A DNA stretch of 64,000 nucleotides from Gammaproteobacteria bacterium UBA6940 (GTDB taxonomy: Bacteria > Pseudomonadota > Gammaproteobacteria > Pseudomonadales > UBA6940), in NCBI GenBank assembly GCA_002450655.1, contig DJZY01000057.1, positions 39,128-103,127 of the forward strand. The letters run 5' to 3'. Both the position numbers and the translations under genes were made by a program. Positions within the stretch are counted from its first letter, which is position 1, and each line of letters begins with the position of its first letter. The notes beneath the pieces are model-generated. The model was not told where the DNA came from and made no database searches. It worked only from the letters and a program-made list of their open reading frames with translations. Positions 1 to 10,276 of the stretch are shown here, piece by piece.

Positions 1-287
1 TTTTACGCCCGTATAAAAACGTGATTGTCCCTGTCTATCTATACCATTAAGCCTTGCTAAAGGAAACATTACTACTAAACTCTGGTCATGTTTTTATCGA
101 TCATTTTTAAATACGCACACTCAAACGACATTAATCTGCAATCAATCTTGTGTTGTTTTCAGTGATTTATCACAGATTATTCTTCTAATCTTGGCTATTA
201 TTAAAGTAAGAGATTTCTCAACATATCTAAAAATATCAGGTATTTCAGCCTAAACAAACTCATTTAATTAGACAAGGTAAACACACT

Positions 288-1211
288 TTGAGCGGATCAG
301 CCAAAAAATCAATACGCAGTAAACTTGTGCACTGGTTGAATTACGACCCTGTTGTTCAACCTGAAGCCAAAAGTGATTTTGAGAGGCTTCGATACGAATT
401 ACGTCCATGTGACGTTATTCTTGTAGAAGGCTACTCTCGTGTCAGCCGCGTCATACGTTGGATCACAAATAGCCCATGGACACATGCGGCGCTTTATATT
501 GGACGATTACACGATATAGAAGACGAACAAGCTCGAGAAAGGCTACAACAGTTTTTAAAATGCTCCCCGGACACTCAAATTGTGATCGAAAGCCAGCTTG
601 GCTATGGCACTATCGCAAACCCTCTGAATCTTTATCGGAATGAACATTTACGTATTTGCAGACCACAGGGCCTTAATCACAAAGATGCTCAAGATGTAAA
701 ACGCTATGCCATATCCCGTTTAGGTGTCGATTACGATGTGCGTCAAATTTTTGACCTTGCACGCTTTCTATTGCCATGGAATTTATTACCAAGACGTTGG
801 CGCTCAAGCTTGTTTAACCACAAGCCTTCTAAAGTTCAAAAAACAGTCTGTTCAACCATGATTGCCGAAGCATTTGGTTATGTGCAATTTCCAATACTGC
901 CTTTGGTGAAACGATCAGATCAACATGGCGTACAACTTTTTAGACGCAATCCAAAGCTGTGCACACCATCGCATTTTGACTATTCACCCTACTTTGAAAT
1001 TATTAAATATCCGTTTTTAGATTTAAGTCATCAACCATCTCATCGACTCCTGCCATGGAAAGGCAATGTATCGCTTACTGCACGAGAAGCGAGCCTCTAT
1101 ATGGCCGACGAAATTGATCAAAGAGCACCTCTTTATGGCGAAGAGCTGCTGAAACAAGTCCAAGAAAAAGAAAAAGCAGAAGAGGACGATTCAGGCAAGG
1201 ATAAAGCTTAA
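288..1211 (+). CDS. Permuted papain-fold (NlpC/P60 superfamily, YiiX/YaeF-like) putative amidase
   Basis: 307-aa ORF with a TTG start in the track. The His motif 'SPWTHAALYIG' precedes the Cys motif 'KTVCSTMIAEAFG'; this His-before-Cys order is typical of permuted NlpC/P60 proteins. The stop lies 2 nt before the next ORF. Confidence 0.5.
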   Translation: MSGSAKKSIRSKLVHWLNYDPVVQPEAKSDFERLRYELRPCDVILVEGYSRVSRVIRWITNSPWTHAALYIGRLHDIEDEQARERLQQFLKCSPDTQIVIESQLGYGTIANPLNLYRNEHLRICRPQGLNHKDAQDVKRYAISRLGVDYDVRQIFDLARFLLPWNLLPRRWRSSLFNHKPSKVQKTVCSTMIAEAFGYVQFPILPLVKRSDQHGVQLFRRNPKLCTPSHFDYSPYFEIIKYPFLDLSHQPSHRLLPWKGNVSLTAREASLYMADEIDQRAPLYGEELLKQVQEKEKAEEDDSGKDKA

Positions 1212-1213
1212 CT

Positions 1214-4012
1214 ATGACGCAAGAAGACGCTCTCCACTTTTTAAAAGCTTACGATCAATCAGAAGCATCTTTAATGAATCAGTTTCAAGTGTATGCAGAT
1301 CATCACAATGAGATTGATCGTGCTATTACATCTACAGCAATTCAGATCATAGAGAAAACAAGGCAAATCCCACCAAAGTTTTCTTTAAGACAAGTGTTTC
1401 AACGCTACCCTATTCAAACAGGTGAAGGACAAACACTTTTTCAACTCATCTCCCAACTGAACCATATTTCAGACTTGGAAGCGCAACAAGCCTTTATTCA
1501 AGAATGCTTCTCTATAGCGCCTTGGATGCGTGACGATGAAAGGCGTGACCGATTTTTTAATACAACATCCACTTGGGGGCTCTCTGTCGCGCAACGTTTT
1601 TTCTCATCTTTTAAACGTCGCAAAAAAAATGAAGACTCTTTTGGTGGCCGCTTAGCTGACAAATTTGGCTCGCCAATTATCCATAAGTCCATTATGCAGG
1701 CAGTGCACCGCCTCACTGAACCACTCATTTATGCTGATGAAATTGAAGATGCACTGGCAAAATCAAAAACAAAAACAGCATTCAAAAAATTGCATATAAG
1801 ACCATCATTTCCCTATGCAATATCACATTCGATTGCACTCAAAAACCAACAAGGTTATATCGATCTCATTCAAAGAGTGCAAAAAAGCATGAGTCAAAAT
1901 AGCAAAAAAAATACAGATTCAATCGCAGCTGCAAGCCATCGACGAGCCAGCATACATTTAGAATTACACCACCTCACTGGCCCTTTAGATATTCGCCAAG
2001 AAATGCGAGTTTTATCATTACAAGAGATGATAAAGCCGATTATAGAAGCAGCACAACAAGCACAAATAACCATCATATTAGCGACAACTCACAGCTATGG
2101 CATGCCTGTATTGCGGCAGATGGTATACGAACTCATCGATGCCTTTTCGACACAACCAAACCAATTTCAACCATGGATTGGTATTGAGATGTCTGCAGCA
2201 GAACCGAGTACTTTTGAGACACTTCAAGAGCTTGTTGAAATTGCAAAAAAACATGATATTCGAATCCCTGTTCGCCTGACCAAAGAGCGAGGCAAACCTT
2301 TTATAGAGCGCAATAACTCGGTACACCTTGCTTATATTGCGATGGTGCAATACACACTAAATAATGCGAAACACTTGCTCCCATTGTACGTCACTCACAA
2401 TGCCTATAGCCTTGCAACAATCCACCATATTGCTAATGCACACAATACGATTGATTTTGAGATTCATCATCGCTGCGGTATGGGACGCCGTTGCCAAGAA
2501 GCTTTTGAGGAAGTCACAGAGCGCCAAAATATTCGATATGAAGCACCAATTGGCGAAGTGAAAAATCATCACCATATGATCCTGCAACGTTTGCGTGAAA
2601 TTGCAGACCCTCATGCATTTTTAAATCGTCTATTTGATAAAGACACAACAACTGCTGGGCTTGTGACAAACCCTTTTTATAAAATGGATAAACAAAAACT
2701 CTCTCACGTGGATTTTTGGCGCGATCGCAAGCTTAAACCACACCAGCCCCATTTATCTGTATTAAATATAAGCGCAACACCAGAGCAGAAACCATCTCTG
2801 CAGGATCTAGCACTGCATTTACAGGCTTTAAAACAGCAAAAGCCTCTACTACAGCCAATCGAAAAAAGATATGAAATGCTACAGCAAGCCCATGCAAATG
2901 CTGTTGAACTTGGCCTACTTCTGGTGAAGCTTTTTGTTGATCATATGAATATTCCTCGCCATATTGCGGAGCTTCATGTGGAAGGTGCCTTGCGTCAACA
3001 AGCCCAGTTTCTAGATAAACCTGTACTCAAAAACGCGGCCCACGTGCAAAGTTTTCCTCAAGGGCAAATTCTTTGGATTGGCAGTGGTCAGCGCCCGCTT
3101 TCACCGCTTCTAGAGCAAATCACACGAGGACTATTACTTGGAAACCAAATCATTATTAAGCCAGCAACTGCAACCTATGACTTAATTGACCAGGTAATCC
3201 AATCATTCCGGCAAGCTGGCTTTACCGAAAACGACATGAGTGTAATTACACCTGATCGCACTGAATTGCAAAAGCTACTACAGACAAGTAATACCCTTGA
3301 TGGCGTAATTTTCGACGGCTTACAGTCCCATAGTCGCCCTCTTGCAGAGCTCACACATAAAAACCAAAAGCAACCAAGTATTTCTTTTTGGACAACACCA
3401 GCAGGCCAATGTCGCAGCCCCCAAGGTGTGTGCTATATCGACGACACTGCATCAATGCAAGAGCTGTACAACCTAGCTCATGATGCATGGAAGCTTGGAC
3501 CAATGGTCATCGCAACGACACCAGCTATTAGACCGCTAGTAGAACAAGCCTTACAGGAGTGGCGCGAATCACTCGTGATAGGTAATGCAGAAGCCCTTGA
3601 TACCCACCTATCTCAAACACAAATGATGGAACCATTTCCTATTGAACTGTCACCTATATGCGTTGAACTCAACATAAAACTGCCAACAACAATTGCAGCC
3701 CCACAGCAACCAATGGCGTTTTTCCAAGTTTTAGAGCTAAACGATGAGCATCTTTTACCTTTCTTAAACCGTTTATCACAAGAAACGCAACTGAATCGCA
3801 TTACACTTCTCACTCGAATGCCCATGCGTATTAAACATATTATTGAGCAGATACGAAGCCATGAAGTGCATCTTGGCTGGCCAAAAGACCAGACATATTT
3901 TGTCTTTAAAGGGCTTGATAATGCTGCGTTTGAGCATAGAACTCACCTTTTGCGCCACCAACGCTTGCACCCATGGAACAATAGCGGCCAATTCGACATT
4001 ACAGAGCTTTAA
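1214..4012 (+). CDS. Highly divergent PutA-like protein (proline dehydrogenase-like plus aldehyde dehydrogenase-like domains), probably non-catalytic
   Basis: 932 aa. 'LYVTHNAYSLATIHHIA...FEIHHRCGMG' aligns by eye to PutA 'QFATHNAHTLAAIYQLA...YEFQCLHGMG'. 'APIGEVKNHHHMILQRLREIADPHAFLNRL' aligns to 'APVG..LLAYLVRRLLENGANTSFVNRI'. 'GNQIIIKPATAT' aligns to the ALDH motif 'GNSVLAKPAEQT'. Confidence 0.55.
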   Translation: MTQEDALHFLKAYDQSEASLMNQFQVYADHHNEIDRAITSTAIQIIEKTRQIPPKFSLRQVFQRYPIQTGEGQTLFQLISQLNHISDLEAQQAFIQECFSIAPWMRDDERRDRFFNTTSTWGLSVAQRFFSSFKRRKKNEDSFGGRLADKFGSPIIHKSIMQAVHRLTEPLIYADEIEDALAKSKTKTAFKKLHIRPSFPYAISHSIALKNQQGYIDLIQRVQKSMSQNSKKNTDSIAAASHRRASIHLELHHLTGPLDIRQEMRVLSLQEMIKPIIEAAQQAQITIILATTHSYGMPVLRQMVYELIDAFSTQPNQFQPWIGIEMSAAEPSTFETLQELVEIAKKHDIRIPVRLTKERGKPFIERNNSVHLAYIAMVQYTLNNAKHLLPLYVTHNAYSLATIHHIANAHNTIDFEIHHRCGMGRRCQEAFEEVTERQNIRYEAPIGEVKNHHHMILQRLREIADPHAFLNRLFDKDTTTAGLVTNPFYKMDKQKLSHVDFWRDRKLKPHQPHLSVLNISATPEQKPSLQDLALHLQALKQQKPLLQPIEKRYEMLQQAHANAVELGLLLVKLFVDHMNIPRHIAELHVEGALRQQAQFLDKPVLKNAAHVQSFPQGQILWIGSGQRPLSPLLEQITRGLLLGNQIIIKPATATYDLIDQVIQSFRQAGFTENDMSVITPDRTELQKLLQTSNTLDGVIFDGLQSHSRPLAELTHKNQKQPSISFWTTPAGQCRSPQGVCYIDDTASMQELYNLAHDAWKLGPMVIATTPAIRPLVEQALQEWRESLVIGNAEALDTHLSQTQMMEPFPIELSPICVELNIKLPTTIAAPQQPMAFFQVLELNDEHLLPFLNRLSQETQLNRITLLTRMPMRIKHIIEQIRSHEVHLGWPKDQTYFVFKGLDNAAFEHRTHLLRHQRLHPWNNSGQFDITEL

Positions 4013-4153
4013 AATGAAGCCCTAGTACATAAATTTAAGACTGTTTTTGTCGGCTTTCCCCCTCCCCATATAAAGCATGTTTACTCGCTCTCAAGGCATA
4101 AACATGCTAATCTCATCTCTCTTCTATTTGAATTGAATGCATAAGGAACTCCT

Positions 4154-4597
4154 ATGAAAGACGTGACCATCTATACAGACGGTGCCTGCAAAAAGAACCC
4201 AGGACCAGGTGGATGGGGCTGCATCATGATTTATGGTGAGCACGAAAAAACACTTTGTGGTGGCGACTTAGAAACAACAAATAATCGCATGGAGTTAATG
4301 GCTGCTATTCAAGGCCTTGAAGCTCTCAGCACACCTTGTAAAGTCGATCTCTATACAGACTCAAAATATGTAAAAGACGGTATTTCTCAGTGGATTCATA
4401 ACTGGAAAAAACGCAACTGGCGTAAAGCTGATGGTAAGCCAGTGCTTAATGGTGACCTTTGGAAACGCCTTGATCAAGCTCGCGATCAACATGATGTCAC
4501 ATGGAATTGGGTTAAAGGCCATGCAGGTGATCATTACAATGAAATTGCAGATCAACTTGCCAATGAAGGCGTCGAAAAAGTCTTAGCTGGCTCATAA
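4154..4597 (+). CDS. rnhA: Ribonuclease HI
   Basis: 147 aa. Catalytic motifs are present: 'IYTDGAC', 'TNNRMEL', 'LYTDSKYV', '[16 protein letters not shown]'. AGGA-type RBS upstream. Confidence 0.95.
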   Translation: MKDVTIYTDGACKKNPGPGGWGCIMIYGEHEKTLCGGDLETTNNRMELMAAIQGLEALSTPCKVDLYTDSKYVKDGISQWIHNWKKRNWRKADGKPVLNGDLWKRLDQARDQHDVTWNWVKGHAGDHYNEIADQLANEGVEKVLAGS

Positions 4598-4627
4598 CCA
4601 ACGTCTTTAACAAAAGGAATCTCATTC

Positions 4628-5350
4628 ATGACAAGACAAATTGTACTGGATACAGAAACCACAGGTATTGAAATATCTGAAGGCCATAAGATTATTGAGA
4701 TTGGTTGTGTTGAAGTTATTAACCGTGAAATTACTGGTAAGCACTATCACCAATACATCAAGCCAGAACGTGAGATTGATCCTGAAGCGCAAGCAGTTCA
4801 CGGCATCAGTCAAGAAATGCTGGCTGACAAACCTGTATTTGCAGGTATCTCTCAAGAGTTCATCGAGTTTATCCGTGGCGCCGAACTTGTTATTCATAAC
4901 GCGCCCTTCGACGTTGGCCATATCAATGCCGAATTTGCACGTCTCGCTGAGGCTGGCTTAGCAGAGCCTTTAAAAGTTGAGGATATTTGTACTGTACTCG
5001 ACACCCTTACATTTGCTCGACGCAAGCATCCTGGCCAAAGAAACAGTCTTGATGCACTTTGTAAGCGATATGGTATAGATAACAGCTCCCGTACACTCCA
5101 TGGCGCGTTACTGGATTCCGAGATTCTAGCAGACGTTTACCTTGCCATGACTGGCGGGCAAATGGAGCTCAGCTTCGGTCTGTCTGAAGGCAAGTCCTCC
5201 AATGATGCTGAAGGCTTTAAACCTACGCGTTTAAACTTAGGTGAGTCCAGCCTTAAAGTTATTCATGCGAGCGAAGAAGAACTTGAAGCACATCGGGAAA
5301 TGCTGGCTAAGCTTGAAAAAAGCGGCGGCCAACATTATTGGGGCGAATAG
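4628..5350 (+). CDS. dnaQ: DNA polymerase III epsilon subunit (3'-5' proofreading exonuclease)
   Basis: 240 aa. Exo I 'VLDTETTG', Exo II 'HNAPFDVGHI', Exo III 'HGALLDSEILADVY'. Adjacent to rnhA as in many Proteobacteria. Confidence 0.95.
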   Translation: MTRQIVLDTETTGIEISEGHKIIEIGCVEVINREITGKHYHQYIKPEREIDPEAQAVHGISQEMLADKPVFAGISQEFIEFIRGAELVIHNAPFDVGHINAEFARLAEAGLAEPLKVEDICTVLDTLTFARRKHPGQRNSLDALCKRYGIDNSSRTLHGALLDSEILADVYLAMTGGQMELSFGLSEGKSSNDAEGFKPTRLNLGESSLKVIHASEEELEAHREMLAKLEKSGGQHYWGE

Positions 5351-5363
5351 ATTGAGGACGATG

Positions 5364-5395
5364 GATGATCAGCAGCCTTAAAACCGCTGATCATC
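5364..5395. terminator. 10-bp inverted repeat between convergent dnaQ and the methyltransferase gene (possible bidirectional terminator)
   Basis: 'gatgatcagc' (5364-5373) pairs with 'gctgatcatc' (5386-5395) across a 12-nt loop. The T-tract is weak, and the hairpin overlaps the last codons of the minus-strand ORF. Confidence 0.3.
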
Positions 5396-6241
5396 TTGAT
5401 TTGACTGAGTCTTTTTCGATTGATTCGTTGGAATGCGTGCTGTTGCCGCCTCACGAGAAATAGCCGCAGCATTGCCCATCGGCGCCCAGATCGATTTTTG
5501 CTGGTACTCTGCACGACCGACCATAGTCCCAGAAGAATAAGTCTTACGCATGCGCAGGCAATAAACGCCGCCAAAGCGCTCACGCAATGTCTTTCCTAAG
5601 CTTACTTTAGCAGCACGCCAAAATGAACTTTGAACCAGCTCGCGACGGGATTCAGGTACGGCAAATGTTTTCTTTTTAAATGGGTTCAGATTCGACCCAC
5701 CAAGGTACTCAACCTCAAAATTCATCAGAGAAAGCCAATCATATAAACGCTGACGTCGCACAAAATGAGCTTCACTTGGAATTTGCTTTCGTAGACCTGG
5801 TATATAGCGAGCCCAGCCAAGTAAACTTGCAGGATTAAACCCAATTAAAACAAGCTGACCACCTGGACGAATAACACGAGATGCTTCACGAATGGCCTCA
5901 TGAGGGTTCATTACACAATCAAGTGTATGAAGCATTACAAATGCATCAAGACTTGAATCGCTAAAAGGAAGCGCCCCCATTGATGCGACTACAGGCTTAC
6001 CAGCAGGCTTATCCCCAGGGTTCAACTGGATACTCGGCGATATCACATTATAGATTCGACGACAGGGTATCTGCGGCATTAATGCAGCAGTATCATAAAC
6101 GCTGGATATGGCGCAGTGTGCACCAAAAAAACGCTGAGCTGCTCTCTCAACCAATGCCAGTTCTGTTGCAATAAACGGTTTGCCTAAAGAAGACTTAAAC
6201 CACTGCGCGAGTAACTCTGGAGAGTAATAATGAGCTGTCAT
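5378..6241 (-). CDS. Class I SAM-dependent methyltransferase (YafS-like by position and sequence)
   Basis: 287 aa. 'LPFSDSSLDAFVMLHTLDCVMNPHEAIREASRVIRPGGQLVLIGFNP' is a typical Methyltransf_11-type core. It occupies the yafS position between gloB and rnhA. Confidence 0.7.
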   Translation of the reverse strand: MTAHYYSPELLAQWFKSSLGKPFIATELALVERAAQRFFGAHCAISSVYDTAALMPQIPCRRIYNVISPSIQLNPGDKPAGKPVVASMGALPFSDSSLDAFVMLHTLDCVMNPHEAIREASRVIRPGGQLVLIGFNPASLLGWARYIPGLRKQIPSEAHFVRRQRLYDWLSLMNFEVEYLGGSNLNPFKKKTFAVPESRRELVQSSFWRAAKVSLGKTLRERFGGVYCLRMRKTYSSGTMVGRAEYQQKSIWAPMGNAAAISREAATARIPTNQSKKTQSNQDDQRF

Positions 6242-6508
6242 ACTAATTTGCCCTATTGATACTGATTAAATGACCTTTACTGAGATCAAATGCCTATTTT
6301 TCGGCCCTAAACGTAAAATTTCCGTATAATTTGACGAAATTTCAACGGTGAGAGCGTTTGAATACATTTTATTTCATAGAGCTAAGGCAATATACTTCGC
6401 TTTAGCTATTTTAGTGTGAATAAGTGTATCAAATGCCTGCTTAGATATTACTCTAACAAGATCTAACGCCTATGAAAAGTTTGCCAAAGTCTCGAAAGGA
6501 CCTCATTT

Positions 6509-7330
6509 ATGACTCAAAGTAACATTGATGTTCAAGCAATCCCTATCTTTAATGATAACTACATTTGGATAATCATCAACGTGAACGCCAAAACTTGTGT
6601 TGCCGTCGACCCAGGTGACGCAGCCCCTCTTATTGCGTTTTTAGAATCTCAAAAGCTCACGTTAGAGGCAGTTCTGATTACTCATCATCATCAAGATCAC
6701 ACAGGCGGCCTAGACCAATTGCATAAGCAAATCTCTAATCTAAACGTCTATGGCCCTGAACTTGAATCAATTCAAGGGGTTACTCACCCACTTGAAGATC
6801 AACAAGTGGTGAAACTTGCAGCAATTGAAACTGTCTTTACTATCATGCATACACCTGGACATACTGCTGGTCATATCTGTTATTATGCCGAGCATCTAGG
6901 TGAATCACCCTCTTCAGACCAACAAAAGCCTTGGTTGTTCTGTGGAGATACACTTTTTTCTGGTGGTTGTGGCCGGCTCTTCGAAGGGACGCCAGCACAG
7001 ATGTATTCATCATTACAGCGTATTTCTGGTTTACCAAAAAATACAAATATATGCTGTACACATGAGTACACATTGGCTAATTTGCGCTTTGCAAACCTTG
7101 TTGACGAGTCAAACTCATCACTGAAAAACTACATCACAAAAGTTGAAAACTTAAGAAGGGACGATCAAATGAGCTTACCTTCAAATCTAGCACTTGAGCT
7201 TGAGATCAATCCATTTTTGAGAGCAAATAAGCCAGCGCTCATTGCCGCTGCAAGTAGATTCAAAGGTGAAAAGCTTGAAGCAGGTGTTGATACATTTGCC
7301 GCACTAAGAGCTTGGAAGGACGTGAGCTAG
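6509..7330 (+). CDS. gloB: Hydroxyacylglutathione hydrolase (glyoxalase II)
   Basis: 273 aa. Metallo-beta-lactamase motif 'ITHHHQDHTGG', plus 'HTPGHTAGHI' and 'CGDTLFSGGCGRLFEG'. Confidence 0.9.
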   Translation: MTQSNIDVQAIPIFNDNYIWIIINVNAKTCVAVDPGDAAPLIAFLESQKLTLEAVLITHHHQDHTGGLDQLHKQISNLNVYGPELESIQGVTHPLEDQQVVKLAAIETVFTIMHTPGHTAGHICYYAEHLGESPSSDQQKPWLFCGDTLFSGGCGRLFEGTPAQMYSSLQRISGLPKNTNICCTHEYTLANLRFANLVDESNSSLKNYITKVENLRRDDQMSLPSNLALELEINPFLRANKPALIAAASRFKGEKLEAGVDTFAALRAWKDVS

Positions 7331-7537
7331 ACACTGCTCCATCGTTCTTAGGGCATGTGGCTCAAATTTTCAGCTAAAATATATAAACTAAGGTTGCGAC
7401 TTATGTCCCAAAAACACAGAGCAACCAAAAAGAAAGATAATTTGTACCCATGTTAAACTTGAGTTACAAGACTTGTGTTTATTGACTATAAAGAAAATAA
7501 ACAATAATGATGACCTCAAGGGTTAATATGGATCATT

Positions 7538-9214
7538 TTGACAGCAATTAGGCTCAAATCTATGCATTATCAAAACGAGACTAAGTCTCAATCACAGTCC
7601 AGGCGCTCAAAACCATTTCAATTGACGCTTCTCTGTACGGCTTTATTTCTGACTGGGTGTCAGTCATTTTCCGGTATTACTAAAGTACCCCTTAATCAAC
7701 CAGAAGTACGCCCAAATGCACAGCAAGTTCAAAACAAAAGAACTCAAGTGAATCAGAATAAACCTGTAAAGACTTTGACTGAAGTCAATGTTGCACCAGA
7801 ACCTGTATTGCCAGCAAATGCTTGGGAGTTTATTTTAGCGAACCCAGGCATTGACTATTCAATGAATCGTCGAATCAAGGCACAAAAAGATTGGTACTTA
7901 CAGCACCCTGCATTCCTCAGTCAGGTGCTTGCTCGTTCAGAACCATTCCTCGGCTATGTTATTGATGAAGCAGATAAACGTGGCCTACCACGTGCCCTTG
8001 CGCTTCTTCCTATTGTTGAAAGCCGTTATAACCCTCATGCAATATCAAAAGCTGGTGCAGTAGGCACATGGCAGTTTATGCCTGCCACTGCAGCACACTT
8101 TGGGCTGCGTATGAACTGGTGGTACGATGGCCGCCGTGACATTGTCACATCAACTGATGCAGCGCTTACATATCTTGAGCAACTTCATAAACGATTCGGT
8201 GACGACTGGCTATTAGCACTTGCGTCCTACAACGCTGGTGGCGGTAATGTGAATAAAGCGATTCGTCGTAATGAAAATAGAGGGCGTCCAACGGATTATT
8301 GGCACCTTCCTCTACCTCGTGAAACAACAGAATATGTACCTCGTTTACTCGCACTTTTGGAAATCATCCAAGAGCCAGAAAAGTACAATGTAAACCTGCC
8401 TCAAATTCCAGTAGAAGCAAAGGTAACGGCGGTAGACACTGTAGATCAAATAGATGTAGCACAACTTGCAAAGCTTGCAGGTCTGTCGGAAAAAGAATTT
8501 AGAACCCTAAACCCTGGGCTAAGACGTTGGGCAAGTGACCCTCAAGGCCAGTACAAAGTATTACTACCTACAGACAAAGCACCTGCATTTATTGCAGCAC
8601 TTCGAAGTCTACCAAAAGAGCAACGCACGACATGGCGACGTCATACTGTCCAACCAGGTGACACAATCAGCCAAATCGCCAATGCACATAATTTACCGAC
8701 AAGTGAGTTTAAGCGTATTAATCAGCTCAATAGCTCGTTTATTCGTGTAGGTCAAAAACTACTTGTACCTCAAAATGTGCAAACCCTTGCAAGCGCTGGC
8801 TCAAGCACTGCGAAAATACAAAAAACAAGTAATTCACCAAGTAAACTTGTTACATCTAACAATGGTCAAGCTGTAACCCTCTTGCCAAAAAGCGTAGATC
8901 ATACTGTCCAAGCAGGTGACACCCTCTGGGACCTTTCAAAACAATATAAAACATCGGTGCGATTGATTGCTGCGGAAAATAATTTATCAACACGCAAACC
9001 TCTTAAAGTTGGGCAAGTGCTTACGGTGACTTTATCAGATGGTGTACACACTCAACGAGTGAGCTACAAAGTACAAGCTGGTGACTCTCTTTATGGCATT
9101 GCAAAACGCTTTAAAGTCTCAATAGGTGATATTGCCTCTTGGAACTCGATTGATAAATCCAATCATATCAAACCTGGTCAACAGCTCACGCTTTTCCTCA
9201 ATAACGAGTCTTGA
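7538..9214 (+). CDS. mltD: Membrane-bound lytic murein transglycosylase D-like lipoprotein (SLT domain plus 3 LysM repeats)
   Basis: Lipobox 'LFLTGCQS'. SLT catalytic region 'PIVESRYNPHAISKAGAVGTWQFMPATA'. Three LysM repeats begin 'HTVQPGDTISQIA', 'HTVQAGDTLWDLS' and 'YKVQAGDSLYGIA'. The true start is probably the ATG at 7562. Confidence 0.85.
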   Translation: MTAIRLKSMHYQNETKSQSQSRRSKPFQLTLLCTALFLTGCQSFSGITKVPLNQPEVRPNAQQVQNKRTQVNQNKPVKTLTEVNVAPEPVLPANAWEFILANPGIDYSMNRRIKAQKDWYLQHPAFLSQVLARSEPFLGYVIDEADKRGLPRALALLPIVESRYNPHAISKAGAVGTWQFMPATAAHFGLRMNWWYDGRRDIVTSTDAALTYLEQLHKRFGDDWLLALASYNAGGGNVNKAIRRNENRGRPTDYWHLPLPRETTEYVPRLLALLEIIQEPEKYNVNLPQIPVEAKVTAVDTVDQIDVAQLAKLAGLSEKEFRTLNPGLRRWASDPQGQYKVLLPTDKAPAFIAALRSLPKEQRTTWRRHTVQPGDTISQIANAHNLPTSEFKRINQLNSSFIRVGQKLLVPQNVQTLASAGSSTAKIQKTSNSPSKLVTSNNGQAVTLLPKSVDHTVQAGDTLWDLSKQYKTSVRLIAAENNLSTRKPLKVGQVLTVTLSDGVHTQRVSYKVQAGDSLYGIAKRFKVSIGDIASWNSIDKSNHIKPGQQLTLFLNNES

Positions 9215-9259
9215 CCATTAAAGAAACAGCTTTGCTTGTAAATACCCAGAGTGTTTAGG

Positions 9260-10276
9260 CTAAGCTGTTTCTAATGCCTCCCCAGCAAAATTAACCACTG
9301 TTACCCTTGAATGATATCCTTCCGCAGCGCTTCCTCGGCGACTTAATAAAAATTCAGCCGTATCTTTATCGACTTGCGACCAAGGTTCACCATATGAGTT
9401 CAAGCTTTCTCCAGAAATAATATCCTCAAGTTCTTCATCTGTCATTTGCAATGAGATACCCGGGGCATCATTGCTTGCTTCATTCAAAGCATCGTCGAAA
9501 ATTTGTTTATTTTCTGGTGATAGCGAAGCATAAAATCCTGTTAAGGCACTTGGAAGTTCATGGGAAGCATCATCGTATATATCCGCCCCCTCATCAAAAT
9601 AAGAAATAAGTTCTTGAGCCATTTTTTCTTTGACAGTCTGACCATCAGTCCCTACTTCATGCTCAGGCAGGTTGTCGAAATACTCATCAGCATCTTCATG
9701 GCCTTGGCGAACACCCTCTACAATTTTGGAAAATTCTTTATTAAACTTCAGCCCAGACAGGCTGTCTTCTTCTAGCTCTTCTGAATCTTCATCCAGCTCA
9801 TCTGTTTCGTCTAACTCTTCTAGTTCAGGCGTTTCAGGATCAAAGTCAATTTCAATCAGCATCACCTGCTCTTCAATAAACTGACTTAGCTCTTGCGCCT
9901 CATGCTCATCAATAACACCATCATCAAGCATACCCTCTTCAGCTGCATGCTCAATGGCTCGTTCTTCAATTTCATTTAAGAGTGCTTCACGACGACTTGC
10001 GGGCTCAACATGTTCAAGTAAACGATTGGACTCATTGAGAGCGTCTTTCAATAATTGGTCAGCATCACCTTCAAATTCAAGATCTCGCTCGTGCTCCCAA
10101 CCATTTACAGAGTTGATGCGGTCGGAATAACGAGATGCCTTCTGGCTCCACTTCTCTTGCAAAAAGAATTCTTTTGACTCACCCTCATCCTCAAGCCATT
10201 CCTGCTTGCCTTCTGAGTCTTGAATGCTATAGCTCTCTTCACTTTGAGATGTTGGACTAGAATTCAGTACCCTCAT
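9260..10276 (-). CDS. Hypothetical, extremely acidic protein
   Basis: 338-aa uninterrupted ORF, D/E-rich (for example 'EELDETDELDEDSEELEEDS'). No signal peptide and no recognisable domain. Confidence 0.5.
   Translation of the reverse strand: MRVLNSSPTSQSEESYSIQDSEGKQEWLEDEGESKEFFLQEKWSQKASRYSDRINSVNGWEHERDLEFEGDADQLLKDALNESNRLLEHVEPASRREALLNEIEERAIEHAAEEGMLDDGVIDEHEAQELSQFIEEQVMLIEIDFDPETPELEELDETDELDEDSEELEEDSLSGLKFNKEFSKIVEGVRQGHEDADEYFDNLPEHEVGTDGQTVKEKMAQELISYFDEGADIYDDASHELPSALTGFYASLSPENKQIFDDALNEASNDAPGISLQMTDEELEDIISGESLNSYGEPWSQVDKDTAEFLLSRRGSAAEGYHSRVTVVNFAGEALETA

Noticed and set aside
1-287. Leading 287 nt searched for a partial gene or RNA
   Set aside because: No long open frame reaches the window edge on either strand and no tRNA-like or structured motif was recognised. 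It is treated as the promoter region of the YiiX-like gene.
9226-9275. 10-bp inverted repeat ('agaaacagct'/'agctgtttct') between the convergent mltD and acidic-protein genes
   Set aside because: The loop is about 29 nt, there is no clear U-tract, and the 3' arm overlaps the end of the minus-strand ORF. It is not convincing as a terminator.
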